This document shows, piece after piece, positions 1 through 12,600 of a DNA stretch of 64,000 bases (position 1 is its first letter; the number at the start of each line of letters is the position of its first letter). The DNA lies in contig NC_047064.1 in assembly GCF_902459465.1 (NCBI RefSeq), forward strand, positions 2,976,001 through 3,040,000, in the 5' to 3' direction. The notes beneath the pieces are model-generated. The model was given only the letters and a program-made list of their open reading frames with translations. It was not told where the DNA came from and ran no database searches. The position numbers were made by a program, and so were the translations under genes. The DNA comes from Asterias rubens (lineage: Eukaryota).

Positions 1-129
1 GTCTTGCGGTTGTTCAGCAAAAAAAAAAAAAAATCTCTTTTTTTGTGTTATTGCTCCTCTACTTTCCTGCCCCAGTTATATCAGCAGAGCAATGGGGCAG
101 CATTTTATTGCAGAGCGCGTTCTGTTTAG

Positions 130-504
130 TTAAAGGCACTATGGGAAATATTGGTAACACCCGAAATAATTTTTACCATAAAACTTACGTAGTAACGAGC
201 AATGGCGAGCTGTTTGTATAGAACATTGTGAGAAACAGCCCCCTCTGAAGTAACGTAGGTTTTGAGAAAGAAGTAATTTAGAACTTAAATAATATTCAAA
301 TACTTTAGGGCCTGAAGCCTTTTTAGACATGGAGGCACACAATGTGCAACATGTGTGTTTTTCTGTCATTTTACTCTCTTGTTACTTCGATGACCAATTG
401 GGTCAAAGTTTTCACAGATTTGTTAGTTTACACATTTTGTGGGATACACCAAGTGAGAATACTGGTCTTTTACAATATTAACAAAAGATGTCCAGTGCCT
501 TTAA
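130..504 (+). mobile_element. Kolobok-like non-autonomous MITE, family K1 (older subfamily)
   Basis: TTAA|AGGCAC... to ...GTCCAGTGCCT|TTAA. TTAA TSD with purine-purine termini is the Kolobok/T2-MITE signature. Confidence 0.8.
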
Positions 505-715
505 GTATAAGTGAGCGAACGTTTTGTCATCTCCTGAAACTTGATCCCTCTTTGGCTCGGTGCTCGTAACTGAACAAGATGGTGTAGTTGGTGAATAGTC
601 AACAGGCCCAGAATGTCAAGGGAGGGGTATCGGATTCACGAACTCAGTATTACCTTAAAAAACGGACGTCATTCCAAATGCTCGAATTCAGAAAGACAAT
701 CTGACAATCTGGTCT

Positions 716-1109
716 TTAAGGGCTGTGGACACTTTTGGTAATTACTCAAAATAATTACAAGAATAAGACCTTACTTGGTAATGAGTAATGGAGAGAGGTT
801 GACAGTATAAAACATTACGAGAAACGGCTTCCTCTGAAGTGACGTAGTTTTCGAGAAAGAAGTGATTTTCCAGTAATTTGATTTCGAGACCTCAGATTTA
901 TAATTTGAGGTCTCGAAATCAAGCATCTGAAAGCACACAACTTCGTGTGACACAGTTTTTTGTGTTTTTTTCCCCCACTATTTTCTCGCAATCTCGACGA
1001 CCGATTGAGCTCAAAACTTCACAGGTTTGTTGTATTATGTCTATTATGAGTTACACCAAGTGAGAAGACTGGTCTTTGACAATTACCAATAGTGTCCACT
1101 GTCTTTCAA
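716..1109 (+). mobile_element. K1 MITE (younger subfamily, internal GATTTCGAGACCTCA hairpin)
   Basis: TIR GGACACTTTTGGTAATT / AATTACCAATAGTGTCC; high similarity to the other K1 copies. Confidence 0.85.
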
Positions 1110-2487
1110 GTCACTCGACAGGTAATTGTAAAAAAAAACGGTATTCTCACTTTGTGGCTAAATTTTTCATCGAATTTGCAAAAGAATAATGACAACAACA
1201 AAATCACCCCCGTGATAACGATAATGGCAATAGAACGCTGTTCGAGTAAACCAAGGCTTGTGGGAACATGACTAACGATAAATAAAGTATGAAACATTTT
1301 AAGAGCAACAAAACTGACAAAAGAGATAGCAAATTGTAGGCCTATACCGGTTATAAAGCGTATTATACAATTTTTTTCCAAAGACTCTCTAAAATGGGAG
1401 GGATTTAAACGTTAATCAAAAGGATTATAATTACGGACCAACACATTAAGATTAAAAAAATAAATACTACGCATTTAAAACTTAAATCTAAAAGATTTAA
1501 TTCAAAATGTACAAATAGATTGTTAAATTACATTCCTTTGGATTAACTTTTAAATCTTTCCCATTAGAGTGATGAAAACATTAAAAACCAGCTATGGAGC
1601 AAAACACAAAAAAAGGAAAAAGCTGTTTATAACTCTAACTTTTTATATTTTCTGACACTATTTATGACAGCCCTACTTCAAAAGAAATTCTAATTCAGCC
1701 GTCTTTCCAAGTTAGCGCGGTTCAACGTGAATTGATATATATGTGTCACTTTATATGCATTTCAAATGATTGCTTCAGGCTTGAAATACATTTTTCATCA
1801 GCTACACTATGAAACAAAATCAAAATGACAAAAGAGGTGTTGGAAGTATATTAATGTTCTATTCACTCGCCAAGCTGTCTAAATTATGTTGTACTATTGC
1901 CGCTTATATTTTTCAACGTTCTTGTCAGAGGATGATGTATTTTGTGGCTTTCGCTTCAGAAATTGGGTTAACAGCTTTTAACACATTTTTCTCTGACCGC
2001 TTCTCAAAAATGTGCCACCAGACGGTACCGTTTAACTGCGTATAGCAGCATTATTAATCGCCTCCCAGAGGGCGTAACGAGTATCACTGTTATATGGAGC
2101 GGTTTTCTCTCCACAGATAATAGAAAAGAATTGGGTCCTAGCTCTCTGGATTAAGGGAAGATGCATGTGTATGGTGCCGTAAAGTAACACCCAGAAATCA
2201 GTATTTCGCCAAACCCTGGGGTACGGTACGGAACCCCCCGGAGTACCTCGCGTTTATAGGACGTGTGTTTAAGTCTAATTGAAATCGTGCCTTGTACAGG
2301 TTGAAGTAGGTAAGAGGTAGCTCCATTCCATGATCATGTGAAGCCAAGAGAAAGCACATAGCACATGGTTTGCACTTAAAGAGGCTGCGTCTTATCAGAT
2401 ATAAATCAGGAACATTTTGTATGGATTCGTGTCTGCACATAGACCGTTGGTCATGTGCCGAGGCTTTGCATGTACAACCAACATCAG

Positions 2488-2541
2488 TGGTCAGCAGTTG
2501 GTCATTGGTCAGCAGTTGGTCGTTGGTCAGCAGTTGGTCAG
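2488..2541. repeat. 18-bp tandem repeat x3 (TGGTCAGCAGTTGGTC..)
   Basis: Units at 2488, 2506 and 2524. Confidence 0.85.
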
Positions 2542-3440
2542 TGGAGTTTTAAGGCGTGGTTCAAGGGCGATTGCTCTTCATTTACGACAACCCTTCTCCG
2601 AAACCCCCTTTGTAGTTTACATGCTAAAATAAAACTACGGTTTCTTGGAACAGTGTATAATGTCAGGTACTGCGACAATCTCCACATTGTGTATAGTTGC
2701 AGGAGCAGCAGTTGCAAGAAAGAGGTGTCGGAACAGTATGGTACCGAGGGGTATTGAAACATAGATGTGTATAACCTGAAGCTGTACATGGACTTATCCA
2801 GTTACTGCAAACGTGCGTCCTCCCTATATACCATAGCTAGCCATGGGAAGGGCGCTCAAGTGTAGTAACTGGATCAGAGTTCATAATTCCATTTACAGCC
2901 ACAGGCCTGCTTTGACCGAGACGACACAACCCCTTTAATTTTACAATTCTCAAGGAGATTCGCCCAAAGTTTGTTGTACAGAAAGGGAGCACAAGTCAAA
3001 TCTCAGTGTTGATATAAAAGTTCCTGGTATTGCGTTGTACCAGCCTCCCCCCCCCCCCCCACGGGTCAGAATTGACCCGGATTCTGGGTACCATGGGGGC
3101 TGGCCCATTTTAGGTTCAGATAAGCTTTTGATTGGGATTATGCGTTAGTGTTATGCCTAGATTCCCAGTTGACCCCGAAATGAATCAGACCCCACGAGAC
3201 CCAGAACCAGATAAATTTCGACCGTGGAGTTTTAAGAATATATAGGTAGAGAAAATTACCATTTCACATAATCATGCTAAGTGTGGCCAGTGTAGGATTG
3301 TGCCTGTCGGTATATGCCCTGGAATGCACACTGTTACTCTTTGGGCAAACGATAAGTTTCTACGTTGTTGCATTCTTTAGTTTATTTGATTTGTCTTTAA
3401 CCATTTCGCCTTCCTTTTACTTTTTTTCCTCATTTCTCAG

Positions 3441-3609
3441 AAATCATCCAGAAAGTGCAGCAGGGTAACAAGCCACCTTTCAGACCCACCTTAGATCGAG
3501 CCACGTGTCCAGACGAGATATGCAATTTATGTAACAAGTGCTGGGCTGAGGACCCAGCCGAGAGACCGGACTTCGGCGGGCTCAGGGTCATTATGCGAAA
3601 ACTCAACAA
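3441..3609 (+). CDS. Guanylyl cyclase exon (169 nt): end of kinase-homology domain, [57 protein letters not shown]
   Basis: Acceptor tttcctcatttctcag|AA, donor CAA|gtatgt; phase 2 matches the next exon. Confidence 0.95.
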
Positions 3610-6600
3610 GTATGTCAAAAATAATTACATCATTTTGTAAACTTGCTGATTGTTTGCGAGTATGTTTTCATTTGCCGCGTCATATTGTTAAACTATCTTC
3701 TATATTACCCTCAATCACCAAGAATGGGCGTTAACCTCGCGACCACACAAATCACAACATCTACGGTTATGACATTCGACGTTACTATCTCTCTTGATTT
3801 CGCAAGAGGGCGCTATTCCACAATACGGCAAAATATTCGGACTACGGCTGTTGCATGTTTGAGTTTTTTTGACCTGTGCAGTTCGAACGAAGTTTCACGT
3901 CTTCGCCAGATAAAAAAGCCATCTTGTATTTTTTAACACGAACCAAATTTGTTGTCTTCTTCAATCTTCTCGTAATTTTTGTATACGAAGGTTTTTCGAT
4001 AGTCAACAGAAATACACGTTTAACAATGATTTATAAAAAAAGTTTCATTTGGCAAATAACTGGTTTCAGAAGTAGCCGTGTTGAAATTGATATAATTTAT
4101 TTGAATGTAATTTCGGGGGGGGGGACGAACAAGTCACAAGTAGCAGTATTCGTCTCTAAAAATATATTAATTCGGTTTTCGTTAAATTGTCGCTCTATTT
4201 CCAATTTGGAGATTTCTGCCGAAGGGCAAATGTACAGTCCTCATTCCTGTGGTAATCTCAACCTCGATCCCGCACGATAGGGAGCTCTATGCTTGTATCG
4301 CTACATATATTGTTCCCACTGACTTTCAAAAAAGGGGGGAAAGAGGTGGAAGGAATTACCCGGCCTGTGATTAGGTTTGCCTTTCCGAGTTCTTGCGAAA
4401 TTAATTCCAACGAAAAGTCTTGGGGCAGTATTATTGGATTGGAAAGTTGCAAACCTTTAAGCATTTGATCACCTTGGCGCTGATTACTTTCATTCTAAAG
4501 GGGAATGAGACAAAAAAAAAAGGAAAAACGTTGCCATGGCAATGCTGGCGTGGTTATTCAGTTTGTGCTCAGGAAATGTGAATGGACATGCGTTGCTGCT
4601 AAAAAGGGTATTTTGCCTGCGACATTCAAGGGTTGTAGCATCAGTTTTTCTGCTAAGATGCTTGCGGTTTATTGATAGAAGTTAAATGTCACACAACAAC
4701 AAGACAACATGTTATTCTAGTTTGTTTGCCCTACTACAAGATCAACGCAAACGTTTAAATCATTGCGCTGCTTGCACTTTATCGCATAGTGTTAAAGGAA
4801 CAATACAGAGTTGGTTTTGCTAGCAAAAAGGTTGCTGGCAGTTTAAGCACTTTATGTAATCCAACATATACATAAACTGACAAACCTGTAGAAGTTTGAC
4901 ATTGATCGGCCTTTTGGGTCACGAGAGAATAGTGAAAAACCGATGACAAATTTTGCATTGCATCGATGCCAAAACAAATATGAATGAAACGCTCACTGAG
5001 CGATAAACTCCAAATGCGAAATTATATTATTTATTTCTTATCAAATATGAAATTCCATACAGCAATATTACAAGGGATGTTTTTACTATGATCATCATTA
5101 GACCGTGTACGTTTTATGTAAATCTGTGACCTTCATGATTTTTGTTTCTTCAGATTCTGTAACGTTCCTTATTTTTTGTTTCTCTCTCATTCTTTATCAA
5201 GAGAGATTAGACGTAGTTTTGTTGATTTTTTAATTTTTATTAATTGTCATTACTTTTATTTTTATGATCGAATTGAAGTTTGTGGAACATTTCGCAGAAC
5301 AACGAAATCTGCTCGTGTGCTATGGGGAACTCAAAATCTTTGCATAAAATGAATACAACACAAAGTTGTGGTATCGTACATGCAATTTTATACAAACTGC
5401 CTGCCTAGTTGGAGTACATGCAGCTTGCTGAGTGAAAAGGGGATGCAGTATTGTATAAAAAGTCCTACGATATAAGGTTGCAGGTTTCAGATAGTACACA
5501 CGAGATTCAATGTCCATAAATCTAATTTGTTTAAATGGTACAATGAAATATAGGAATATTACGAGTGGAAGATATCAGATGTTGCTAAAATTTGAAAATG
5601 TATCCGTGGGTTGTCTAGACTACTAGGTTTCAGCCCCTTTGAACAGAGGAATGTTTTGGGTTTTAGTGAAAAAAGGAAGAAAATAATTCGTCGTGCAACA
5701 CTCACGGAATTGAAAAGTACATATTTATTAAGTTAGATTATTTTGTGCGTGTACTGTTGCATTTCGTGTAGTTGCATTTCGTGTAAAGCCCTTTTCACAT
5801 GACAGCAAATTAGCGGGGGGTCCCTTGCCTAATTTGGGCATGGTTGTGAAATTTTACAAACTGCACTTCGTGTGAAAGGACAACAATATTTGGACTGTCC
5901 TTCTTGGACAGTATAAACATTGTTTTCCATTCACATGAGGTGCATTACATGTATGTGAACAATTTGCAACCATGTTAAAAAACAAAGAAGGGACCCTTGC
6001 TAACTGCTGTCGTCAAAAAATCGTTGTCCTGTTTTGATTCCTGTCGTTGTTTTGACTCACGGGGACAGCATCTCTAACATTAGTGGTTAATATTCGTGGA
6101 CAACGATTACGAATCACCACGGTAATTCTGAAGATAAGAACAGCCATGCCCTCGTTAAACTGTCACCGTTACCGAGATTTATGGCTTGCTTAATTAATCT
6201 AGGATCCTCGTTTGGCCGTAGAGTTTGTTCGCCAGATGGCTGTGTCATAAAAGTCGATTAGTGAGCACAACTGTCGACATCCCAATGCAGCGAGTGACGG
6301 CTCTATTGCCGTCGATTTATGATCTTTATAAATTGTTTCTGTTCTTTGGCGTTCAAGGGGAACAGACGATGGATTTCTATATCCGTAAAAGTTGAGAAAG
6401 CGAGGGAGGAAATGTCAAATATTGTTGTTGTGGCATAACAGGTGCAGATTTGAGTGAATGTGTAAATTAATAGCTCAGTCCGGTTTGATAACAGACACAA
6501 AATATTTGAGATTAATTGGGCGCCTTCCGAGGTAATAGCACCACACAAATTATACATACGCTGGAAAGAGCCACAGTTGCTAGACGTACATACATCATCT

Positions 6601-9600
6601 AACATAATTATAAAATTATAATTTGCCATTTCTAAAAATAACAAATGGTTCAACTTTTATCACATTACGGTCGTTCGTAGAGACTAAAATTAGACTTGAC
6701 CTAGCCCTGTCGGCCTTTCACTTTCGTATTATACTATGTCTGTGTACAAACTTAGAAAGAGTCCTATAATACAGGACTAGACTTGACCTAGCCCAGATCG
6801 TAGCAAGTTTCCAAGTTGTGTTTACCAGGCGGCCGTTTACGCAGACTACAATAATTAGAAAGGCATTTGAGGCGCTCTATTAACTTCTAGGTCAGATTTG
6901 ACCAATATCCATGGGGCCTGACCCACTATTGTGTCAGTCTGAGCCATTTCATGGTCAGGATTACCCATAATCAGTATCAAAATCACCCAGAAATGTGTCT
7001 AACTGTCACAAAATCCGAGTTAAAAATCTTGTCCTACTTTGTTTGTGAACACTTTCCAGGTCACACTGATGAGGTTTTTGGTCAACATTTTAAAATGGAA
7101 TACATCTTGTAACACCACAATAAAGTGGTATCATAAAATAAACTTGAAAAGAATATTATGTTCACACTATTTCAACCCATTTCTTGATTGATACTGGACT
7201 ATGGATTCAATCCAGATCGTGTCAATGGATTAGGTCTATATAGGCCTAGCCCTCCCCCCGGTCTTTTTAAGCGCTTAGAATAAATTGTGGGTTAAATTTC
7301 CTGGTGTAACTTCATGAAGCCCCTTCTATTCATGTGTAAATGATCACATACTCATCTCCCATGATTTAACAACTCAACTTTTGTTATTGGATTGTTTCCT
7401 CAGACAAAACGAGGGGCGGAGTCTAGTTGATAATCTACTCTCTCGTATGGAGCAATACGCAACAAACTTAGAGGCCCTAGTCCAGGAGAGAACTGAGGCA
7501 TTCTACGAAGAGAAGAGGAAGGCAGAAGAACTTCTTTATCAGATTCTACCTAGGTAAGATCCTCGTCAGAGTTTCTGGTACCATAGAGAGGTTTCGCACA
7601 TCTACGGATACACATACACATACCGGTACGTCAGACACCTCGTGTGTTCGGGCATAGAGTAAGGACAGAGAGGTTCGGGTGACACGTATCAGCGTATTAT
7701 TTGCACACACATGAGCAATGGATGCAGGAGCTCATACACGTCTTAGAAAGAGGGATACTGTTTCGCTATTCCTATTGGTGGAGAGTGAATCGAGTGGGGG
7801 TGTTTAAACGGATAATAAAGACCAGTGCCCAATTTCATGGCATAGCTTACTGTCAGCACAGAATCGGCGCTTACGGAAGGAGGGAATTCTGTGCTCACAG
7901 CAAGCGTATTTCACGGGCTAGCGGCGAATTGTGGCTTCTGCGCATGCGTTAGTGTTCTCTGCGATAGGCATTCTACGCTTACAAGGCTAGCGCAGAAATT
8001 TGGCGCTTGCAAGTAAGCGGGGAATCGTGATCACAAGCAGAGCCATGAAATTAGGCCCAGTTTACAACCTGTTTTTTTGCGGATATGTTAAGATGCATAC
8101 TACGCGCTAGTCTTGGTGCAAGACAGTTCTTGTTACGGCGATGCGGGCACTGTTGGTGAGTTGACCACACTGTGTGTGAAAGGAAAACGAGAAACGACTT
8201 GAACCAAGACTAACTACTCACACAATGCATTTCTGAAAAATGGGAACAAAGGAGTAGTGACTCGTTCTTAAACTGCCGTTTGAAGCCGTACAGGGTCGTG
8301 GCCTTGCGATAACAACCCTCGCCTTCGACTCGGGCCTTTATCGCACGTCCACGACCCCGATTTTAAACGGCAGTTTAAGAGCCCGTCGCTACCTTTTTAT
8401 TACCTTAGTAAAATGATAACTTTTTGTATTACTAGTTTAAAAAAACATTCTTGGGGTCCGGGCAATGTCTCCCACTCCCAAGATGCTCATATGTCTCGGG
8501 TTTCTTTTTGCGGCGGTGCTTAGGCAAATAGAAGGTATTTTCCTTTCTCTGAATGGAGCATTGAGTGTCACTGCTGTGGTTCAATAGATCTTTTCATCTG
8601 GGCCAAAATATCTGTAAACAGTAGAGCACTCATTAAACTGATTTAAACTCCCTTGTGCTTAAGAATGCCCGGCATTTCCGTGAGTGCAAAGTCATGTATA
8701 TAGGGCACATCTCACCTTCAAAGAAAATCTACAAAGAATATTGTGGATTTGTTGTAAATAATAATGTTTTTCGAGCCTGTAGTTTGTGTCACAAAGCAAA
8801 TAGAAATGCAACGTGCCACACATTGTCCACGCATAACAATGAGGGGTATGATGTGAAGGCAATACGATATGTTTCCCCAGCGACGAGTACTTTTACACAA
8901 AAAGAGAGCGACACACCTAAGTACACAGCCGCGGTAGACAATTATTTGTGAAGATTTCAACAATGAATATAATTATTTGTTTAATGCTACTGTTTTTGTT
9001 TTCTTTCGTCTATGCCATATTGGAGGCTATATTTGTCTAACAAATAAATTGAAATAAAAGGGTGCTGCAATTCAACTCTTTCTCGAATTTCCTTCACAGA
9101 CCGCGCTGAAAAACTGGCTCAAAGTGTTACATTTGGGTAGCCAGAGGGCACCGTCTTTGATAACAATAAAATGAAACAGGTTTGCTCACTTTGAAATTAA
9201 AGATTCAAATCCGACTTTACTGCCCGAGCGGGCGAAATTTTGCATTATTTCAAGAAAATGTTCGTTATATTATTTCACATGGGAAATCGCTTGCATTGTT
9301 GTGACATTGTTCTGCGAGAAGCTGTTAAAGCGGTAGATTTTGTATTAAGGCTTGTGTGTTGCCGGGAAAGTGAATTGGGTGACTTACTCCAAAAACAAAC
9401 CCGAAGCAGTGTACGAGATCAATGGTTTCACAGACACCTACTCGTCCTTTCCTCACCTATACCAGCAACTGTTGTACAGTTAAAGTCTACCAAAGGGTGA
9501 CAACTCGTTTGACACACACTAACATTATGGCCGGTTCGTACTCGTTGCGACTGTATGTACGCGCGTACCCGGCGATTTGAAGTTGGATTTAAAGTTCATA

Positions 9601-12600
9601 CTTCATCAAAATAAAAATAATACAAAATCTTCAAATCAACCGCGGTTGCGCTCGTGCTCTTTGGATCAACCGTTGTTAACCCGGAAGCTTAAAAACAGCT
9701 CAACAAATTGTCAATATTATGTCAGAAAACCCTAATCTTCCGTCGATGTGTCGCGTCATGGCTGATCGTGTCATGGAACTGACTAGGTTCTTGCCTGCAT
9801 GATTGTTAAAGGGAGTGTAGTGTATAATACTTAGTAAATACTCAACACGTTAATGAACTTAGTAAAGAATATTTGAAAGCTAGCTGTTGATTTAATAACA
9901 TTGTGAGAATCGACTCCTTTGAAGTAGTTTAGTTTTAGAGAAATGGAAGAAGAATTTCCCCTGAACATTTTTAGTCCGAGAAATGCTCCATCTAACGCAT
10001 CTGAAAACACACAATTCTAAGCAGCAAGAGTATTTTTTTCTTGAATAATTCAAGAAAAAATACTATATGCTGCTTAGAATTGCAATTCGATGGCCAATTG
10101 AACCCAAGTGTTCACAGGTTTGTTATTTATGCATAGTTGGGATATACCAAGTGAGGATACCTCTCTTAAAAATTACCAAGGTGTATCCTGCTTTTAACAA
10201 CATTTCTTGATGCAAACCAGTTGCTGTTTTTATTATAGGCCCTCTATCAACAGCTACTTTGACACATTTTTCTACTGAAGACGATCACAGCATACTGATT
10301 GAAACGTAGAATTGTTACACTCTTATTCAGTACCGCCACAATCCAAGAGCGAAAATGGTACCGCGGCAAACCCAAGTTTTTTAAATTGTTGCATATTAAC
10401 TGAAGACGATCGTTACATACTGATTTATACTTTAAATCGTTGAACCCTTTTCCATAATCCAAATGAGCGAAAATGTACCGCGATAGATCCCAAACTCTAG
10501 AATTGCAAGGGTCGTGGGTTCGAACCCCACCCGAGTAACATGCCTGTGATATTTTTTTCACGTGGCTAGGGAAAGTACTGAGTATACAGTGCTAACACAC
10601 ATCGGTGTATGGGTAAAAACCAAAATTAATATTCTTTATCCCCGATGCAAATTTAACATCTATTAGATCCCAAACTGTTTAAATTATTGCATATTTACCC
10701 TTATGTTTGTTCTTTTAAAACAGAGCAGTTGCTGAGGAACTGAAGAAAGGTAAACCTGTGACGGCTGAAACGTTTGAGAGTGTCACCATTTACTTTAGTG
10801 ATATCGTTGGTTTTACAAGTCTCTCTTCAGAAAGTACACCGTTACAGGTGAGTATCATAAGGCGGTCGAGTAAATTACAGGGAAACATTGCCTTCAGACC
10901 CGGTGCTTTTGTCTATAAAAGTATTTGCTTTTAAATGAACAGGCTGTGGTTGGAAAAACATTCCAAAAGTAGAATACAATTATCCACATAAATATCACTT
11001 GAAATTGTGTGATTTTTGGTCTGCTTTTTTGTAGAACCAACTCTTATAAGCTCACAAATTGTGTGGCCTTATCCTGACAAAAGTAAACCTGACAAAGGTA
11101 TTGGTAAATAATAATAACTTGTTTTCTTTGTTCCATCGTATAGGTGGTTGATCTGTTGAACGATCTGTACACCTGTTTTGATTCTATCGTCATGAACTAC
11201 GACGTTTACAAGGTGAGGGAACACTTTCGAATTTTTAAGGCACTGGACACTATTGGTGGTCACTGTTAGCATGTTAGTATATAACGTTGTGAGAAACGGC
11301 TCCCTCTGAAGTAACGTAGTTTTCGAGAAAGAAGTAATTATCCACGAATTTGATGTCGAGACCTCAGAATTAGATTTTGAGGTCTCGAAATCAAGCATCT
11401 GAAATCACACAACTTCGTGTGACAAGGGTGTTTTTTCTTCCATTATTATCTCGCAACTTGGACGACCAATTGAGTTCAAATTTTCACAGGTTTGTTATGT
11501 TATTCGTCTGTTGAGATACACCAAGTGAGAAAACTGATCTTTGACAATTACCAAAGGTGTGCAGTGCCTTTAAGCAACTTGATTCATCTTGTGTTCAGCT
11601 ACCATTTTAGGATTTATCAAAAGAGAGGTTTATACATCAGCCGCTGCGCAGCCATTTTTGTTTATTTCCCATTGACACCAGTGACATGAAACCGAGACTT
11701 GGTGGTGAAAATAGGAAATAGGTCGGTTCTTTTCTCTCGCTAGAATGGGTATCAGTATTCATAATAGCAACGTCATAATGTGAACACGCCAAAGAAATAC
11801 TGTCAGTAGACTTGGACCTAATGTGCTGAAAACTTCTCTGCAACTATGCACTACTTGCTTTGAAAATTGCATTGCATTGGAAATTAATCACCACTGCAAG
11901 TGGTTGTTGAAGTCAATCATCTGCCTGGTTAACACCGTTAGAGGTCGAGCAGCAAGGCGTTGAGGCCGGGTATTTTATTACAATTAGGTGACTATTTCAG
12001 TGATAAAAACGAGTTAAGAATCCACCAACCGTGCAGGGATGGTGCCAGCAAATCCCACACCGAAACGGCCCTGGAACAAGTATCAATTTTCTTGCCTATA
12101 TACAAAAATGGCTGATCCCGATGAGCTACGCATCAATCCCATTACAGTTTAAGGTCATCTTCCTCTATTGCGTGTGCTGCTAAGATATTATTAACAGGAC
12201 ACCTGCGTTCGGCTGATATTCGGTGGTCGTTAGTAGTTAATTCAGAGACAATATCCTGTCAAACGTTAACACTATTCGGTGAGTGATCCCCGGTGGATTG
12301 CAAGACTTGATCACTATCGTGATACCGGGTTGCGGTGCCTGTATCCGGCGGCGGGTCTAGATCGAGGCGGTCTGCTCCACCCCTAGAGACCCCGTACTTT
12401 CTGTAGATTGAATTACAAGATAGATCGAATATGGGTGATGATATCCAAAGTGGTTTGTTTCGCTATTTTTGGTTGGGAACTAGAGAGAATTACTGAATCG
12501 ATCCGTTTTCTTAAGATTGTTTTTAAAGGTATTATAATTGATTGGTATAAGGATAAGACAAGACTAGTCTTTGACAATTACCAATAGTGTCCAGTGTCTT

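Noticed and set aside
2300-2309. 10-nt micro-exon candidate (cag|GTTGAAGTAG|gtaaga) for the cyclase
   Set aside because: It would shift the frame if the upstream exon ends in phase 1 as expected; no independent support.
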